IMG/VR virus record: IMGVR_UViG_3300020420_000646
Coordinates: 1-28,207 of that record
Strand: one strand, 5' to 3'
Length of the DNA stretch: 28,207 nt
From: a virus
Lineage: Duplodnaviria; Caudoviricetes
Below, piece after piece: positions 1 to 7,896 of this stretch. Positions within the stretch are counted from its first letter, which is position 1; every line of letters starts with the position of its first letter. A program made the translations under genes and the position numbers. The notes beneath the pieces were generated by a model. It was given only the letters and a program-made list of their open reading frames with translations. It ran no database searches and was not told the origin of the DNA.

Positions 1-1
1 C

Positions 2-457
2 TTTGGAGATCCACAAGGAAAGAACGGCATTCATCAATTAGGATTTGGCTATATCTTCTTTGCTGACAAACCACTGATGGCAACTAACTTACCCGCTTAC
101 TATCATGACAATGGTTACACTAAAAACGTCAATGCTATATGTGGAAGTTATGATATAGGTAGATGGTTCAGACCTGGAGTACGTCCACTTTTCCAATTGA
201 AACCGGGTGCTAAGAACATAAACATTAATGAAGGCGATGCTTTAATGTACGTTAAGTTTAATACAGATGAAAAAGTAAATTTTGTTGAATTTGACGCACA
301 CGAATTAGACCAACTAGGATTTCATAGTCCTATTAATGCTTGTATTACATTAAAGAATCAACTTCCACCTACACCTTTAAACAAAGCATATGAATATTTT
401 GACAATGCTAGAATGAGGCAAAAAGTATTAAAAATTATAAAACGGAATACTATATGA
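2..457 (+). CDS. Hypothetical phage protein, 5'-truncated by the window edge
   Basis: Frame is open from position 2 (FGDPQGKNGIHQLGFGYIFFADKPL) into the listed ORF 77..457; its TGA overlaps the next ATG (ATGA). Confidence 0.75.
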   Translation, partial: FGDPQGKNGIHQLGFGYIFFADKPLMATNLPAYYHDNGYTKNVNAICGSYDIGRWFRPGVRPLFQLKPGAKNININEGDALMYVKFNTDEKVNFVEFDAHELDQLGFHSPINACITLKNQLPPTPLNKAYEYFDNARMRQKVLKIIKRNTI

Positions 458-939
458 AATTTTTCAAGAACAAAACAGATGACTTTTATAGATGGGTCAA
501 AGGTACTGAACTCGTCGAACTAGATGACATTGATGTATCTGAAGATCCAGTAAGACCCGAACTAACATTAGGTTGGCGTATAACCAATGGCAGAAAAATA
601 TTTGGACTGAAGTTTGAAGATGAAATAGAAGGAATCATTTGTATTGCATATACTAAAGATGTTCCGCATAGTGTCAAAGAACTTGATATGATGAGTGAAC
701 TAGTACATATGAAAAAAGAAACTCCTACGGTTGCTATTGCATATACAGTTTGGTCACGTAAACGTGGAGCAGGTAGAGAAATTATACAAAAGGTATTAGA
801 CTTTGCTAAAGATCAAGGAATTGAAAGAGTTGTTACTTTATCACCACTTACTCCAATGGCAACACATTTCCATATTAAGAATGGTGCAAAGCAAATAAGC
901 ATTAACGATACAACACAGAATTTTGAATATGAACTTTGA
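454..939 (+). CDS. GNAT-fold acetyltransferase-like protein
   Basis: YTVWSRKRGAGREII resembles the GNAT acetyl-CoA-binding motif A (R/QxxGxG), followed by VVTLSP and a FHIKNGA motif-B-like segment. Confidence 0.6.
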   Translation: MKFFKNKTDDFYRWVKGTELVELDDIDVSEDPVRPELTLGWRITNGRKIFGLKFEDEIEGIICIAYTKDVPHSVKELDMMSELVHMKKETPTVAIAYTVWSRKRGAGREIIQKVLDFAKDQGIERVVTLSPLTPMATHFHIKNGAKQISINDTTQNFEYEL

Positions 940-1174
940 ATACGAAGATTATAGAAAAAGACCAGAACCAGAAGAAATAGGCTCATGGCCGTTTTGGATT
1001 GTTCCAACAAGGTATGTGGGTGGATATATTTTTAAATTACTATTCATACTAATTGGCTTGCCTGTGTTCTTTTTTGGATATCTACCAACTTTGGAGATAT
1101 TTTTTCTTTACTTTCTGATATATGATATGTTAGAATATAACAATACAAAAAGAAGGATACAAAATGGCGAATGA
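923..1174 (+). CDS. Small membrane protein
   Basis: 83 aa with long hydrophobic stretches (IFKLLFILIGLPVFFFG; IFFLYFLIY); overlaps neighbours in operon fashion. Confidence 0.65.
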   Translation: MNMNFEYEDYRKRPEPEEIGSWPFWIVPTRYVGGYIFKLLFILIGLPVFFFGYLPTLEIFFLYFLIYDMLEYNNTKRRIQNGE

Positions 1175-1394
1175 TTACGATAACAAATGCATGATAACTT
1201 GCACAGATAATGATAACGTTGCTGAAGCAGAAGTAGATAGATTTGTTGAAAAGAATTTTCTAGATGTATTTTTAGCACAAAATAAAATACACATGGAATG
1301 GAACGGGAAGGTGTTTGTAGGTAATAAACATGGTTATGAATTTACTACACCAGGACCAGAAATATTTAAAGTAAATTTAGGAAGAGGAAGATAA
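1164..1394 (+). CDS. Hypothetical protein
   Basis: 76 aa; AAGGA SD upstream; TAATG stop/start coupling to clpP. Confidence 0.75.
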   Translation: MANDYDNKCMITCTDNDNVAEAEVDRFVEKNFLDVFLAQNKIHMEWNGKVFVGNKHGYEFTTPGPEIFKVNLGRGR

Positions 1395-1987
1395 TGCCCA
1401 ATTTAGTACCGATAGTTGTTGAGAAAGAATCAAGAGGTGAACGCAGTTACGATATCTATAGTAGACTATTAAAAGATAGAATCATTATGTTAGATACGGC
1501 TGTTACAGAACAAAGTGCAAGTTTGATAGTTGCACAGATGCTTTTCTTGGAATCAGAGAATCCAAATAAGCCAATCAATTTTTATATTAATAGTCCAGGC
1601 GGATTAGTTACTGCTGGTATGGCAATATACGACACGATGCAATTTATTAAATCGCCAGTGCATACAACAGTGATGGGACAAGCCTGTTCAATGGGTAGTT
1701 TTTTAGCAATGGCAGGTGAGCCAGGAAAAAGAAAACTACTGCCAAATGCAAGACACATGATTCACCAACCCTTAGGAGGTACATCAGGACAAGCAAGTGA
1801 TGTTGAAATACAATACAAAGAACTTGCACGTTGGAAGAAAGTACTGACTGAAATTTATGCTATACACACAGGAAAAGATATCGAAACATTAGAAAAAGAT
1901 ATGGATAGAGATAACTTTATGGTACCTAAAGAAGCAGTCGAATACGGATTGGCAGATGAGGTAGTAGCAAAACGTGTCAAAGAATAA
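1394..1987 (+). CDS. clpP: ATP-dependent Clp protease proteolytic subunit
   Basis: [23 protein letters not shown], catalytic Ser (ACSMGS), His (MIHQPLGG) and Asp (MDRDNFM) all present. Confidence 0.97.
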   Translation: MPNLVPIVVEKESRGERSYDIYSRLLKDRIIMLDTAVTEQSASLIVAQMLFLESENPNKPINFYINSPGGLVTAGMAIYDTMQFIKSPVHTTVMGQACSMGSFLAMAGEPGKRKLLPNARHMIHQPLGGTSGQASDVEIQYKELARWKKVLTEIYAIHTGKDIETLEKDMDRDNFMVPKEAVEYGLADEVVAKRVKE

Positions 1988-2969
1988 TCCAAGCAACAAG
2001 TTTAGTCATCATACATTTAGTTTGTTCGATGCAGAGTTTAATGACCCTGCCTCTCATCTATGCATGATTAAAGACTATGACCGTTGTAAAGGATTTTTCA
2101 CACAATTAGAAGCACATTCAAAAGACAAGATTGTAATTGACTTTGGTGCAGGTACAGGCATACTAGGATTATATGCAGGCATACAGGGTGCTAAAGAAGT
2201 TTGGTTTGTAGAAAACCAACTTAACCTACATGAAATAATTCACGACCTTGCTAAAAAGAACAATCTAACAAACTATCATGTAGTTGGGGACTTTACACAG
2301 ATTCCAAAAGACCTTGACGTAGGTGTGATAGTTAGTGAAACACTAGGTGATACAGGAATCGAAAGAAATTACACATATCTTTACAGTCAACTTATTGCTA
2401 GATACCCAAGTGCTATTTGTATTCCAGATGCATTAGGTGTATATTACAGTGGTTGCTATGTTAAAGAAGTTGATATTGAAAATGAATATCTAAAAAACTT
2501 TCCAGTCAATTTAGAAAGTAGATACTTGTATCCGTTCCCTGGTATGCGACCAACAAGACTAGAAGGACTAGAAGTAAAAGATATACCATTATTTGAATTT
2601 AACCTAAGAAGATACCCTACAGGTAGAGATGTTCGTAAGATAATCGAAATCCAAAAAGATCCTAAGGATAATTTCTTAAGTTTTTATTGGAAAGCAAAAT
2701 GCAATGGAGAAGTATTCGCAAGTAATACTCCAGCAAGAAAGATAGATAATTTTAATCACTGGCAACAGATAGGATTAAAAATGCCCAATGACAAGACTAT
2801 AGGAGTAAGAGTAGATCATTTGCAAGGCCCATTTGTGTTATGCGGTAATCCTCATCCTGACTTTATTAATAACCCTGAAAAGTTTGATAATCAAAACTTT
2901 GATCCTATGGAATATAAGTTCACAGATGAGAAACCAAAAGAATCAGGATTTATACATTGGACAACCTAA
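1974..2969 (+). CDS. Class I SAM-dependent methyltransferase, protein arginine methyltransferase (PRMT)-like
   Basis: Motif [13 protein letters not shown], post-I VWFVE, MIKDYDR (MxxDxxR), double-E-loop-like [16 protein letters not shown]-loop-like NHWQQ; GTG start overlaps the clpP end. Confidence 0.8.
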   Translation: MSKNNPSNKFSHHTFSLFDAEFNDPASHLCMIKDYDRCKGFFTQLEAHSKDKIVIDFGAGTGILGLYAGIQGAKEVWFVENQLNLHEIIHDLAKKNNLTNYHVVGDFTQIPKDLDVGVIVSETLGDTGIERNYTYLYSQLIARYPSAICIPDALGVYYSGCYVKEVDIENEYLKNFPVNLESRYLYPFPGMRPTRLEGLEVKDIPLFEFNLRRYPTGRDVRKIIEIQKDPKDNFLSFYWKAKCNGEVFASNTPARKIDNFNHWQQIGLKMPNDKTIGVRVDHLQGPFVLCGNPHPDFINNPEKFDNQNFDPMEYKFTDEKPKESGFIHWTT

Positions 2970-3706
2970 GCACATTATCCGTAACAACTTTAAAAGATAT
3001 AGGAAAGTATCATGATTATCTTATATCTAATAAAACCCATATAGATTTATTCGATGGAGAAGATTACCAATGCGGTCCTTTCCACAACAGTGATGAATAT
3101 CATTTTAGTCTAGGCGATGATTGGAAATACAACATAAACAAATATTGTTTCAGAGACAGTTTTATTCCAACAAATGATATTTGGTGCTTTGGAGATAGTT
3201 GTACATTTGGAGTTGGAGTTGATGTACCTTTTCCTAAGATGCTAGGTGCAAATAACTTAGGTATGATAGGCACTAGCATAGACACTATTGCTAGAATGTT
3301 TAGTAGTCTGCAATACATAGACCCAATCACTGATAAAACATTGTTATTCTTTCTGCCTGATCATAGTAGATTTTGTTGGCCTGAGAGAGATAGACAGCCT
3401 ACAATGATCTTAAATGACACAAAAGATCCAAGGTTGCCTATGTATGTAAGTAACTATCACAGTGATTTAGAAGATTTAAGAACCATTAATTACCTTAATT
3501 GGATCTATGATAATGCAAAAGATAACAATTTAAAAGTATGTAGTTGGAGTGAGACTACTCAAAATTTAATAAAGCAAACCCTACCAAGTAGGTGTGTAAT
3601 AGATATAGATTTAAAAAGTTTAGAATTAGATTATGGTAGAGACAAAAGACATCCAGGTACTCAAACCCACTTAAAATTATATGAAACGTTCAAGGAGGTG
3701 TTATGA
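2957..3706 (+). CDS. SGNH/GDSL hydrolase-like protein
   Basis: FGDSCTFG (block I), NLGMIG (block II), C-terminal DKRHPG (DxxH block V). TTG start uncertain. Confidence 0.55.
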   Translation: MDNLSTLSVTTLKDIGKYHDYLISNKTHIDLFDGEDYQCGPFHNSDEYHFSLGDDWKYNINKYCFRDSFIPTNDIWCFGDSCTFGVGVDVPFPKMLGANNLGMIGTSIDTIARMFSSLQYIDPITDKTLLFFLPDHSRFCWPERDRQPTMILNDTKDPRLPMYVSNYHSDLEDLRTINYLNWIYDNAKDNNLKVCSWSETTQNLIKQTLPSRCVIDIDLKSLELDYGRDKRHPGTQTHLKLYETFKEVL

Positions 3707-4089
3707 CAAAGATGACAGATGAACAATACGAAGCGGAACTTAAGAGACAACAACAAGACCCGCGACATAACCAATGGGGATATCATGGCAGTCCTAAAGA
3801 ACAGATTGCACGTATGAAAGGTATTCCAACCAAAGAAGGTTTACTAGATATGCTAAAAGAAGGCGTATATGTTGTAACCTTTAAAAAATTAAATGGTGAC
3901 GAACGTGTAATGACTTGCACAAAGTCCTTTGATGTAATTCCAAAAGAGCATCAACCAAAAACAAATACAGAAACTAAATTAGAAAATATTACTGTATGGG
4001 ACACTAATGCCCAAGGCTGGCGTTCTTTTGTTTACGATCGTGTAAGCAAGGTTGAGGACGTTAAAGATGCTGGAGTGGCTCAACGGTAG
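3703..4089 (+). CDS. WYL_2 / DUF2693-like SH3 beta-barrel protein
   Basis: VTFKKLNGDERVMTCT ... VWDTNAQGWRSF, typical of this T4-like phage family; AAGGAGG SD upstream. Confidence 0.75.
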   Translation: MTKMTDEQYEAELKRQQQDPRHNQWGYHGSPKEQIARMKGIPTKEGLLDMLKEGVYVVTFKKLNGDERVMTCTKSFDVIPKEHQPKTNTETKLENITVWDTNAQGWRSFVYDRVSKVEDVKDAGVAQR

Positions 4090-4143
4090 AGCAACTGATT
4101 TGTAATCAGTAGGTTGGGGGTTCGATTCCCTCCTCCAGCACCA
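4069..4143 (+). tRNA. tRNA-Thr(UGU)
   Basis: Acceptor GCTGGAG/CTCCAGC, D-arm GCTC/GAGC, anticodon arm ACTGA-TTTGTAA-TCAGT, T-loop TTCGATT, encoded ACCA end. Confidence 0.96.
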
Positions 4144-4165
4144 TTACGAGGAGATATATATTACT

Positions 4166-4705
4166 ATGCAGACACTACAACAAGATACATCTTTTAGAAC
4201 ACAGTACTTTGATATCTTTCCTACGTCATGTGGAATGTATGATTTAGCATTATATGGCCCAGAAGAACACAAAGTAATTGAAACAATCAAAAGTGAACAT
4301 GAAGAATTTATCTTAGATGAATTTCCAATGTTGAAAGATGCTATTAACGAATGTATATTATTTTACTGCCAACATACAGGTTTAAAACTTGCTGAGATAA
4401 CACAATATCATATAACAACTATGGGTGTAAATGATAAAGTTGAAGAAACCAAGTATGATGATAGTTTAATAACCATTCAATATTATCCTGTATTTGAACC
4501 AGGCAGTGCAGACTTATGGGTAAGAAGTCCATTTAATATTCCAAGAGATCATGTAGAAAAAACAACTCTTGCAACTGCACCTTCTGAAAAATTTGTGTTA
4601 GGACAAGGACGGTTAATAATTTATCCAAGTTCAGTGCATCATTTTACAGAAGCAAACCAAACCGAAAATAGAATCTGTATAACTTTCAAAACAAAGAAGA
4701 AGTAA
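4166..4705 (+). CDS. TIGR02466-like 2OG-Fe(II) oxygenase-fold protein, degenerate metal site
   Basis: FDIFPT N-terminus and GRLIIYPSSVHH...RICITF C-terminus match the paralog at 14482; the HxH motif is absent. GAGGAG SD. Confidence 0.6.
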   Translation: MQTLQQDTSFRTQYFDIFPTSCGMYDLALYGPEEHKVIETIKSEHEEFILDEFPMLKDAINECILFYCQHTGLKLAEITQYHITTMGVNDKVEETKYDDSLITIQYYPVFEPGSADLWVRSPFNIPRDHVEKTTLATAPSEKFVLGQGRLIIYPSSVHHFTEANQTENRICITFKTKKK

Positions 4706-5005
4706 ATGAAGTCAAGTTTTCGAAAATACTTGATTCGATTCTTGAAGGAAGACCTTAAAAGAAACAAAACGAGATTCTTTTTAGAGTTCATTGGTTTAGT
4801 GCTAGGTATTGGTGCAACGACTGTAATGGCATTTACGATGCCAAATCCAAATTTACTTATAGCCTATTCAATGTGGGAAGTAAGTGCATTATGTTTAATA
4901 TACGGTGCCATTAGTAGAGGGAGTGTAGGACTTACACTACTTTATGGATTGTATTTTACAATAGACGGAATAGGATTATTACGTTACCTTGCCATTTTAC
5001 CTTAA
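4706..5005 (+). CDS. Small multi-pass membrane protein
   Basis: About three hydrophobic helices in 99 aa; starts immediately after the upstream stop. Confidence 0.7.
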   Translation: MKSSFRKYLIRFLKEDLKRNKTRFFLEFIGLVLGIGATTVMAFTMPNPNLLIAYSMWEVSALCLIYGAISRGSVGLTLLYGLYFTIDGIGLLRYLAILP

Positions 5006-5020
5006 TTGGCAAACAAGTAC

Positions 5021-5049
5021 TTGACTTTATTATATTTTTGTAGTATTAT
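5021..5049 (+). promoter_or_regulatory. Sigma70-type promoter
   Basis: TTGACT (5021-5026), 17 nt, TATTAT (5044-5049). Confidence 0.65.
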
Positions 5050-5113
5050 GTAACTTGTAATGATAGATAAAATCTTACAAATAGTGAAATTGTTAACATT
5101 AAAGGAGACGTCA

Positions 5114-5383
5114 ATGGCGAAAGCAACAATTCAAGAAAGAGTTTTAAACTCTTTAGCAAACGGCAGTAAATTAACAACTGCTGACATCAAAAACAAATTT
5201 GGTGCAGGTAACCCACAAGCGGTTGTACAAGCATTAAGGTTCGCAGGATACCCTGTGTTCTTAAACACTAGAAAAAATTCTAGAGGTACAGTAGTTGCAA
5301 GATATGTAATGGGTACTAAGGCTCCAAGAAGCATTATTGGTGCAGGTTACAAAGCAATGGCCAAAGGTTTGCTAGACAACTAA
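5114..5383 (+). CDS. Small basic winged-helix-like DNA-binding protein
   Basis: AAGGAG SD precedes ATG 5114 (preferred over 5060); ERVLNSL..GSKLTTADIKNKFG..NPQAVVQALRFAGYPV is an HTH/wHTH-like pattern. Confidence 0.6.
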   Translation: MAKATIQERVLNSLANGSKLTTADIKNKFGAGNPQAVVQALRFAGYPVFLNTRKNSRGTVVARYVMGTKAPRSIIGAGYKAMAKGLLDN

Positions 5384-5405
5384 AAATAACTTCTGACGTT
5401 ATTTG

Positions 5406-5436
5406 AAAAAAGGTCGCTTATGCGGCCTTTTTTTTT
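5406..5436 (+). terminator. Rho-independent terminator (possibly bidirectional)
   Basis: A-run, stem AGGTCGC, loop TTAT, stem GCGGCCT, then a long T-run. Confidence 0.85.
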
Positions 5437-5438
5437 GA

Positions 5439-5470
5439 TTGACAAAAATCAATTAAGACAGTAGTATAAT
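5439..5470 (+). promoter_or_regulatory. Sigma70-type promoter for tRNA-Arg
   Basis: TTGACA (5439-5444), 17 nt, TAGTAT (5462-5467), overlapping TATAAT (5465-5470); the tRNA starts at 5476. Confidence 0.7.
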
Positions 5471-5475
5471 AAAGA

Positions 5476-5552
5476 CTGCTCGTAGTTCAGTTGGATAGAA
5501 CATTGGTTTGCGGAACCAAAGGTCGGAGGTTCGAATCCTCCCGAGCAGGCCA
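5476..5552 (+). tRNA. tRNA-Arg(GCG)
   Basis: Acceptor CTGCTCG/CGAGCAG, D-arm GTTC/GAAC with A20 (Arg identity element), anticodon arm TTGGT-TTGCGGA-ACCAA, T-arm GGAGG-TTCGAAT-CCTCC, GCCA end. Confidence 0.95.
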
Positions 5553-5587
5553 AATTAGAAGAATAATTAATAGTGTAAGAGGTTATT

Positions 5588-6160
5588 ATGAACACTAAAG
5601 ATATTACTTCCTGGTTGCAATCTAATGTAGATTGGAATAGGTTTTGTACACTTGTAAACAACATAGGCACAGAACTAAATGAGAGAAAATTACGATTTGA
5701 CAAAAGTGATTTGTTTGAAAAGTCGTTAGAAAAATTCAGCAATGGTCTAATGAAATATGTCAACCAAGAGGGTGTTGATCATATACTACCTGATGGCACA
5801 ACTGTTGAAATGAAATATACACAGGATTGCTTGTTTACTACAAAGACACAAAAGCAAAAGCAATTTGTAAGCGATCTTCAATTAATGAATAGCAGAGGAG
5901 GAAGTGAAGGACGAACACTTCCAGAAAACTATGCACAATATCTCTTGATTTGTGATAACAATAGTATTGCAGTGGTGGCAACAGAACTATTAGAGCCGTA
6001 TTTGGAAAATGCTGGAGATGGAATCAAAACAAAAAGACTACCAATTAGTGTTATCCAATATGTTGCCAAACCAGATGATATCAAAATAAACTCCGTAAAT
6101 GCACCTTCTTATAAGGCAACCAAAGTACAAATGCAGGAAGATTTTTTGATGCATTTCTAA
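5588..6160 (+). CDS. Hypothetical protein, possible PD-(D/E)xK nuclease
   Basis: 190 aa; GAGGT SD; E...GVDHILPDGTTVEMKY fits a D-x(n)-ExK restriction-endonuclease-type motif. Confidence 0.45.
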   Translation: MNTKDITSWLQSNVDWNRFCTLVNNIGTELNERKLRFDKSDLFEKSLEKFSNGLMKYVNQEGVDHILPDGTTVEMKYTQDCLFTTKTQKQKQFVSDLQLMNSRGGSEGRTLPENYAQYLLICDNNSIAVVATELLEPYLENAGDGIKTKRLPISVIQYVAKPDDIKINSVNAPSYKATKVQMQEDFLMHF

Positions 6161-6168
6161 AAAAAAGG

Positions 6169-6197
6169 TTGACTTTTATGTTAATTTGTAGTATATT
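6169..6197 (+). promoter_or_regulatory. Sigma70-type promoter for ligase
   Basis: A-tract, TTGACT (6169-6174), 17 nt, TATATT (6192-6197). Confidence 0.65.
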
Positions 6198-6229
6198 AAT
6201 ATTATTAATTAGGCATAAATGAGGCACAA

Positions 6230-7558
6230 ATGAGAACACAACCACAAGTAGTTATAGAAAAACTAGAGTCTGACAATAGCAGACTAGCAAAAGAATCAAT
6301 ATTATTAGACGCAATGAACGAAGGACTAGATGAGTTCTTTGAAGGTGTAAAGATGGCACTTGATCCGTTATACACATTTGGCGTTAAGCAAGTTCCTACA
6401 AAAGATACAGTAATTTCAGCACAAGGTTGTGAATGGAAGATATTCGTAGAACTTGCAGAAAAACTTAACAAAAGAGAATTGACTGGACACGCGGCCAGAG
6501 ATGCAATTAACCTTGTAATGAGTTCAGCGACAGCAGAACAATGGAATGGATTTTATAGACGTATCTTAATTAAAGATTTACGTTGTGGTGTTAGTGAAAA
6601 GACAGTAAACAATGTTGCTAAAAAGAATGGATTTGACAAATATAATATTCCTGTGTTTACTTGTCAATTAGCACACGACTCAGCAAAACACGAAAAGAAA
6701 ATCACTGGCGAAAAAATGCTTGAAGTTAAACTAGATGGTGTTCGTGTTATTACAATTATTCAAGGTGACAAAGTAGAAATGTTTTCAAGGAATGGAAAAC
6801 AGTTTCATAACTTTGGACACATCTGTGATGAGATTGCAGAAGTAGTAAAGAAGACTCCTCCACCAATGGATTTGGTTTTGGACGGAGAAGTAATGAGTGA
6901 TAACTTCCAAGACTTGATGAAGCAAGTTCATAGGAAGGACAATGTGAATGCCAATGACGCAGTATTACACTTATTTGATTTTATTCCTTTGGACAAGTTT
7001 TTGGCAGGTGGATATGATAAACCACAGTCATTTAGAACTGAAGCATTGAAGTTTTGGTACAATGCGAATAAAGACGCCTTAGAGCACGTACAAGTGCTGG
7101 ATCATGAAATTGTGAACTTAGACACACCCGAAGGTCAAAAGACCTACACAGACGTAAATAAAGCGGCTGTAGACGGTGGATATGAGGGGATTATGATCAA
7201 AGATCTTGATGCACCGTATGAATGTAAAAGATCTACTGCATGGCTCAAACTTAAACCATTTATAGAAGTAACACTCAAAGTAGTTGCTGTCGAAGAAGGC
7301 ACAGGACGTAACGAAGGTAGATTAGGTGCCTTAATTTTGAAAGGAGAAGATGATGGATACAATTATAGCCTTAACTGTGGGAGCGGTCTCTCTGACTCTC
7401 AACGTGATGAGTTCTGGACTAAACGTGATACTCTCATTGGTCAGTTAGTTGAGATTAGAGCAGATGCAAGAACAAAGTCACAAGATAGTGACACATACAG
7501 TTTAAGATTTCCAAGATTCAAAACTTTTAGAGGTTTTGATACAAGCGAGAAACTATAA
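6230..7558 (+). CDS. lig: ATP-dependent DNA ligase (T4 gp30-like)
   Basis: Motif I EVKLDGVR, III VLDGEV, IIIa LFDFI, IV EGIMIK, V WLKLKP, VI SLRFPRF. Confidence 0.96.
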   Translation: MRTQPQVVIEKLESDNSRLAKESILLDAMNEGLDEFFEGVKMALDPLYTFGVKQVPTKDTVISAQGCEWKIFVELAEKLNKRELTGHAARDAINLVMSSATAEQWNGFYRRILIKDLRCGVSEKTVNNVAKKNGFDKYNIPVFTCQLAHDSAKHEKKITGEKMLEVKLDGVRVITIIQGDKVEMFSRNGKQFHNFGHICDEIAEVVKKTPPPMDLVLDGEVMSDNFQDLMKQVHRKDNVNANDAVLHLFDFIPLDKFLAGGYDKPQSFRTEALKFWYNANKDALEHVQVLDHEIVNLDTPEGQKTYTDVNKAAVDGGYEGIMIKDLDAPYECKRSTAWLKLKPFIEVTLKVVAVEEGTGRNEGRLGALILKGEDDGYNYSLNCGSGLSDSQRDEFWTKRDTLIGQLVEIRADARTKSQDSDTYSLRFPRFKTFRGFDTSEKL

Positions 7559-7574
7559 AGGAGGTAATACACCA

Positions 7575-7808
7575 ATGAAGATTTTCGCAATAATAGTAAC
7601 ACTTTCATTTATGTTGTTATCAACATCAGTGAATGCGGATCCAGTTTCTAAAGTTCAGAACTGGTTGATCGCAGAAAAGAATAGTATTGTTGAATTTCAG
7701 AAGAAAAGTTGGTCTGATAGTAAAACTCAGTTTGCTAATAACAAAAAGCAAATAGGAGAGTTTTGGAACAAGATAAAATCAGGCTTCAACACTGAAAAGG
7801 TAAACTAA
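7575..7808 (+). CDS. Small secreted/periplasmic protein
   Basis: GGAGG SD then ATG 7575 (preferred over 7536); signal peptide MKIFAIIVTLSFMLLSTSVNA-DP. Confidence 0.7.
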   Translation: MKIFAIIVTLSFMLLSTSVNADPVSKVQNWLIAEKNSIVEFQKKSWSDSKTQFANNKKQIGEFWNKIKSGFNTEKVN

Positions 7809-7833
7809 AAATACAAGTTAAAGCCATTTTTTA

Positions 7834-7861
7834 TTGACTTTAAATTTTTTTGCTATATAAT
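7834..7861 (+). promoter_or_regulatory. Sigma70-type promoter
   Basis: TTGACT (7834-7839), 16 nt, TATAAT (7856-7861). Confidence 0.6.
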
Positions 7862-7896
7862 AACTATAATCACATAGCATAGAAGGAGATAATTAA

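Noticed and set aside
5384-5404. Hairpin AAATAAC/GTTATTT before the terminator
   Set aside because: Short and AT-rich; plausible by chance.
5449-5763. 104-aa minus-strand ORF
   Set aside because: Antisense shadow of tRNA-Arg and the 5588 gene; GGFEPPTF is the typical reverse-tRNA translation.
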